64,000 nt of DNA from positions 3,737-67,736 of the forward strand of contig JAQGDQ010001049.1 in NCBI GenBank assembly GCA_030141605.1, in the 5' to 3' direction. This stretch comes from Tubiluchus corallicola. Lineage: Eukaryota; Animalia; Priapulida. Made by a program: the position numbers and the translations under genes. The first letter of the stretch is position 1. The number at the start of each line of letters is the position of its first letter. Positions 58,759 through 64,000 of the stretch are shown piece after piece. The notes beneath the pieces were generated by a model, which was not told where the DNA came from, did not search any database, and worked only from the letters and a program-made list of their open reading frames with translations.

Positions 58759-61700
58759 CTGAAAAGAATAAGAAAGGAGCGTTAATAACATACATGCAGC
58801 CTCTGACTGAGTGAGATGTCAAAATTTAACAAACTATTAATGACAATAATTTTTTAAAATGTTTGACTAACCCCGCATCATTAGCCGTAGTATTTAAATC
58901 AAATAATTACTTTTTAATAAATTGTAATTGTATTAGTAAAAATAATTCAGCATATTTTTCTAGCCTCTATTCATATTTCCACCATTTTACTAAGATCTCT
59001 TCCCCTGGGTGGCCATTGGCCATATCTAGGCAATTTGTACGAAAACATATATGCTAATTTGTTAAGCTCTTAAGGTTGTTTAATGTTTGATGTATTTATC
59101 ACGGCTAAGTATACGATTGCTAATAATAGGCAATTTTGCTTGGCTTCAGCTGCTGATTTTTCCATCTGAGTAAAGTTCAAAACGAACATTTTAAATAAAG
59201 CCACTTTAACTTTCATATTTGAATTAATCTTTATAATAAATATTTTTATGGCTCTTCCGAGGTAAATTATTACTTTTTATATTGAAATTTGAAACTTGAA
59301 AGTCCCTGCAACATTTACTTCATTTGCTATTACCATACCATTAGGAAGTCTCCGTTTCAATAAAATCTGACTATTACTATAATTTGTGTAAGTAATTATT
59401 CCTCTTCAAAGATTTTTCATTGTTAAATTGTCCAACTGTGGTTGTTACAATATAATTTATATACTAAAAAAAATAAATAAAAAAGTATTTGTTCCTGTGC
59501 AGAATTAAAACTTAAAATCGTGATAATTTGGAGAACAGCGACAGCACAAAAAGAAGCGTCATTATTTAGCTTAATTTTTTCTAAAGCCTTACAATCTAAC
59601 GTTTTTATAATTTTCAGATCAGCAAAAAATATTCTAACAATACAAATAACAACAGTGACAACAACAACGACAATAGCAATAACAACAATAATAACAATAA
59701 CAACAACAATAACAATAACAATAGCAACAACAATAACAGTAACAGTAACAGTAACAGTAACAGTAACAGTAACAGTAACAGTAACAGTAACAGTAACAGT
59801 AACAGTAACAGTAACAGTAATAGTAACGATAACAATAATAATAACATAGCAATAACAATAACAGTAACAATGATAATGACAATGACAATGATAGTGACAA
59901 TGACAGTAACAATGATAATGACAATGACAGTGACAATAAGAATAAGAATAAGGATAAGAATAAGAATAACAGTAACAGTAGCAGGACCAGTGACAGTAAC
60001 AGCAACAACAACAGTAACATTAACATTAACAGTAACAATAACAGTAACAGCAACAGTAACAGTAACAGCAACAATAGCAATAGCGATAACAATAACAATA
60101 ACAGGTAGCAAAATTTTGGCATCTCTGAAACTTACCTGCATAAAATGCAAAGCAAGACATTGTAAGCCAATGAAGACAGAAATGCTGGAGGGAATGAATT
60201 GCAAGTCAATTCAACATAATTCTCTGAACGCGATCTCATCAATTTGGTTGCTTTAGGCGGAAATTTCATCGCCCACAATATGCAAAATACAATCTGAAAA
60301 ATCACGCATAGTATGTATTGATTAAAATCAACATGTTCATAAAATTTGTCGCTTTTGTCAAAACACACAAGATTTGGTAAAAAGATGAAGAAAAGAAACG
60401 CAAATCTTAGTACCTATAATTCAAAACTCGATGTTGTGTATACACTTAGGAGAGAAGTACACTGAAAGGAGATATACTCGTATGAGGGCAGCGACTACGA
60501 TGAAAATGTATTCCTCATATATGACTCAAATCTGAGGCTTCCTTTTTTACAAGGCTACTAATAGCATTATGGAGAATTGTTGTAGGACTGCTTAACTCAT
60601 GCATTAATTCTTTTGTGATAAATGTTCAAATTTAGAAAATTTAACAATTTTGTTACGTCATAATTAAGTCTTATCTATGTTGAGTTTAGTCTACAAGTTA
60701 ATTTCTTCTGCTACGCTCACAGCACCGCAATTCATTGTTAATTGATAACTTGTATTTTGTTGTATTGTGCTAAATGGATGAATAAATAAACCTAAATCTA
60801 AATTTAGAAATACCAAATTGATGACTATAAAATTGTTTTTTCAGCTTAAAAAATAGATATACATATAGATAAACATTACCTGCATGTTTATTAATATAAA
60901 ACTGAAACTGCACTGAGCTCTTGGTGTGATAAATCTTGGTGGTCCCTTTTGCCTTTTTCCAGATGAAAATATTCTGTAGATTCTGTTTGTTCTGGACAGT
61001 AGGGGAGAATAGATTATAGTGAATGAGAGATGAAACCCAAAATGTGTGACGTAACAGCTGACGTCTGTGGGCTTCTTCAACATGGCAAAAACAACAAGAC
61101 ATGAAGCCATGATTCCCACCCACATGAGAAAACTCAACTCTCTGCTGCAAGCTTTGATCAGTTTGTGATCTTTGTTCTGTAATAAATTACAATAATAAAT
61201 TGCAATAAATTACAAAAATGTTGCCTTCGCGATTGATTAATATTGCTTTTGCTAACAATGTTCAATTTCGAAGGTGGTGATTTGTAGGTATTGCGAAATA
61301 ATGCAACCTGCAAAACCACTTAGGTGAATATAGGCAGATGGAAAATCTTGCTTGGCGTAATGAATTGCTTATGGTTACATTTAAGACCACACATTGTAAT
61401 GTTTAAATTTCGATAAGTAAATTTAGTAACTCAGGCAGAACGTGTAAATAAGAGGCATGTTTTTATGAGACACGAATCATTTACTGAAATCATTTACGAA
61501 TACCCAGTACCCCCCTCGGCCCTTTCCAGTTCTCTACATCTCAGCCGTATAACTTTTGCAATTTTTTGCAAAAAACGCCCGAAAAAGGGCCATTTTGGGG
61601 GTTTTTTCGCCCCCCGTTCCTCCCGGTGGGCCCAATTCGAAAAATAAACCATCAATGGCACGACACTAGATCGAGACCTTTCGTTTGATGTATAGATCGC

Positions 61701-63618
61701 CGCAAATGGTGCCCTCGTTCGGGCTGTAGCCTCGAATCTTATATATATATATATTAAGATACCAAGAATATTAATATAAGAGATGATTAATGAAAGGTCG
61801 TTCACATACATTAACAAAATGAACAATAATTAAATATAGGCCAAACTAAAGAAAAGACGAATTTTATTTTTTTAAACCATTATCATCAATACCTTGATAA
61901 AAAGAACTGCTATAAAATTAGATGACAATATTCCCACAGAGCTCAAAGTTATCACCAAGGCTGCTAAAGGATTGTTCCAACGCAAGTACGTTAAGGGAAC
62001 TTCAATGCACGTTGTACCGTTGGCATCGTCAGGCCAGTAAAACATTGGACAAGTCAAGCAATCAAGGCCGTCTTCTGGAAAATAATAGCAACGCGGACAG
62101 TCAATAAAATATTTGAAAACATCGCTTTCTACTTGTTAAATGAATGAACAAGTCCATTTTAAAAACGCATATTTTAAACAACTTATAAATCTTTGAAGAA
62201 AACAAACATATTTTTATGCACAGCAATTGGTACAAATGTTTATTGACATAATTCTCGAATATTAGAAACGGGTTTTTTGAGTCTTCATGCATCTCTTTAG
62301 TAAACAGTGCAGAAAATCAGTAAAACAACAAAGCAACAGATCTTAAAACCTTAATGAATAATTGGGCTTAGGCTAATCATTTGAATTTGCGTTCTTGTTT
62401 TAGGATGGATGATTATTCATTAGGGTTTTTAAAATCAGTTCTTTTGTTTCTTAATAATTTTCAGCACTATTTACTGAGCAGAGATGAAAAATGTTTATAG
62501 ATTTCTACACATGCACCAATAAGCATTGTTGCCAGTTACAGTGTGTATTAAACGATGTTTGTTTTCTTCGAAGTTTTACGTATAAACTATTTGCAGATAT
62601 GGAAACCATCTCTACAGTGAAATGTAGCAGTTAGCGTCTACAAAAAATTTTACCTGCTAAAAATTCATTTGGTCCACAAGGCCTGCAGTCCCAACAACAT
62701 TGGACTTCCTGTTGTACCTTGTAATGCCTTTGAGGACATGGACGACTACAAACTGATTCGGGAACTTCATCAGTGTGATTCCCCGTGGGCCACTGAAGCA
62801 CGCTGTAATCCAAATACAACTTTCCAGATTCGCTAATCCAGTATCCCAACCTTTCCATTTTATAATTTCCATTTTGTAATTGTATTAGATTGTTGATTTG
62901 ATATTTTCCTTTTACATCTCCACGTTCATCAAATTTTACTTCTCCAGTCGGCGTGTGAAAAGTTCCTGTTTGCAACTTCTTCCTCAAGCGTGCTCCGGGA
63001 ATGCATCTCCTTAGTTTTTCTCCGATAGCACCCGGACACTCTTCTTCCCGAATTTCGTGGAGAGCATGAGCAAACACGTAAACAGGATCAACAATCAGCA
63101 AGGAAGTGTACTCCAATAAAGGGTGACCCGAGAACGTCTCATTGCCAAGACAAAGCGGTTTATGAGGATTTGTTGTAAATACGTTACCATCATTTAATAA
63201 AGATAAATGGTACAAGCTGCAATCATGGTAGACCTCCCAATACTGTGTAAACCATGGTATGCGCATTTGTTCCTCTAATTTCAGATTTTTAATATAGGCA
63301 AATATCTGTTCCGAGTCTTCCGTAAATGGATGAAAACCGATCATACCCTTGGCCACTTCTTCATGACCAGCCAGTTCATCAACCGTAGTGCCCCAGCCAT
63401 CTGAAGAGAAGAATATGAAATGGTGCAGAACGTTTTTTCTTTTTAGTGCCTTCATGATGCCATTTGGAAATGGTTGGAACATGTAGAGAATTACAACACG
63501 CGCGTTCCTATACTGGATAAGTTCATCAGCAACTGAATCAAAATCTTCATTGGTGTTTTCTGTGAAAAGCATCATTCGTTGTAACGCTAAGCAGATTCCC
63601 TTTTCAGCAGCTGCTTTT
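58377..63618 (-). CDS. Class C GPCR, mGluR-like paralogue C (5'-partial; last 5 exons in window)
   Basis: Exons 63618-62654 (965 nt), 62074-61893 (182), 61176-60880 (297), 60293-60136 (158) and 58758-58377. All GT-AG, with internal exon sizes identical to A and B and no stops. Confidence 0.93.
59640..60100. repeat. (ACAGTA/ACAATA)n hexanucleotide microsatellite in GPCR C intron
   Basis: Directly visible. Confidence 0.95.
60136..60293 (-). CDS. GPCR C exon (158 nt)
   Basis: Encodes IVFCILWAMKFPPKA...YVELTC...[11 protein letters not shown]. Confidence 0.92.
60880..61176 (-). CDS. GPCR C exon (TM2-TM4)
   Basis: Encodes [21 protein letters not shown]...TNRIYRIF. Confidence 0.93.
61496..61759 (-). 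mobile_element. GC-rich insertion, possibly a non-autonomous Helitron-like element
   Basis: Sharp GC rise in an AT-rich intron. The minus strand starts A|TCTTAATATATATATATATAAG, similar to Helitron 5' TC ends. No clear 3' CTRR end. Confidence 0.4.
61893..62074 (-). CDS. GPCR C exon (CRD-TM1)
   Basis: Encodes EDGLDCLTCPMFYWPDDANGTTCIEVPLTYLRWNNPL. Confidence 0.92.
62654..63618 (-). CDS. GPCR C large exon (965 nt)
   Basis: Encodes KAAAEKGICLA...SSDGWG...FDERGDVKG...CCWDCRPC. Confidence 0.95.
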
Positions 63619-63789
63619 CTGTAAAGAACAAGTTTTCAATGAAGCTCAGTCCTACTTATTTTTCTATTTCAAATTTTGTATTCTTGCCCAATTTCGGGTG
63701 GACGTTGTTAACTTCATATGAAATGTATTAAAGATTGTTTATGATTGTAAAATTTGCTTTTTTATGGGGTATTAAGTAGAAGCTAGCAT

Positions 63790-64000
63790 TAACAGCACCA
63801 CCATTGCCACCATCACAACCGCAACTACTATCATCGTGACTATTATTATTATCAACATTATCATTGCCATCTTATTTAGCATTATCTTTGTTGTTATTAT
63901 CATCATCACCGTCATAATCATCACTATACTTCTCTTCATCTTCACATTCATCAGCACATCACCACCACCACCACCATCACCACCAACACCAACACCACCA
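63790..64000. repeat. (CAT/CAC)n degenerate trinucleotide tract
   Basis: Directly visible. Confidence 0.85.

Overview
AT-rich, intron-containing invertebrate (metazoan) genomic DNA. It is not prokaryotic and has no CRISPR array. The window holds a cluster of three paralogous, multi-exon, mGluR-like class C GPCR genes with matching exon sizes and phases: A (+ strand, 362-6849, first exon outside the window), B (- strand, 28640-37886, nearly complete) and C (- strand, 58377-63618, 5' part outside the window). Between A and B lie a Rough homeobox gene (- strand, probably 3 exons, 10098-17460) and a single-exon GT77/Nucleotid_trans-like glycosyltransferase (- strand, 23037-24050). The rest is MITEs (Harbinger-, hAT- and foldback-type), LINE remnants, tRNA-derived SINE-like heads, an old ~3 kb tandem duplication and many microsatellites. 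The most interesting signal is the receptor cluster. The receptors keep the residues that bind an alpha-amino-acid backbone but have lost the basic residues that select glutamate, and the pocket differs between paralogues. Meanwhile a TM2-TM3 tract is almost identical at DNA level in all three, suggesting gene conversion. This fits a lineage-specific chemosensory-type receptor array with variable ligand domains and a homogenised signalling core. All alignments were done by eye.
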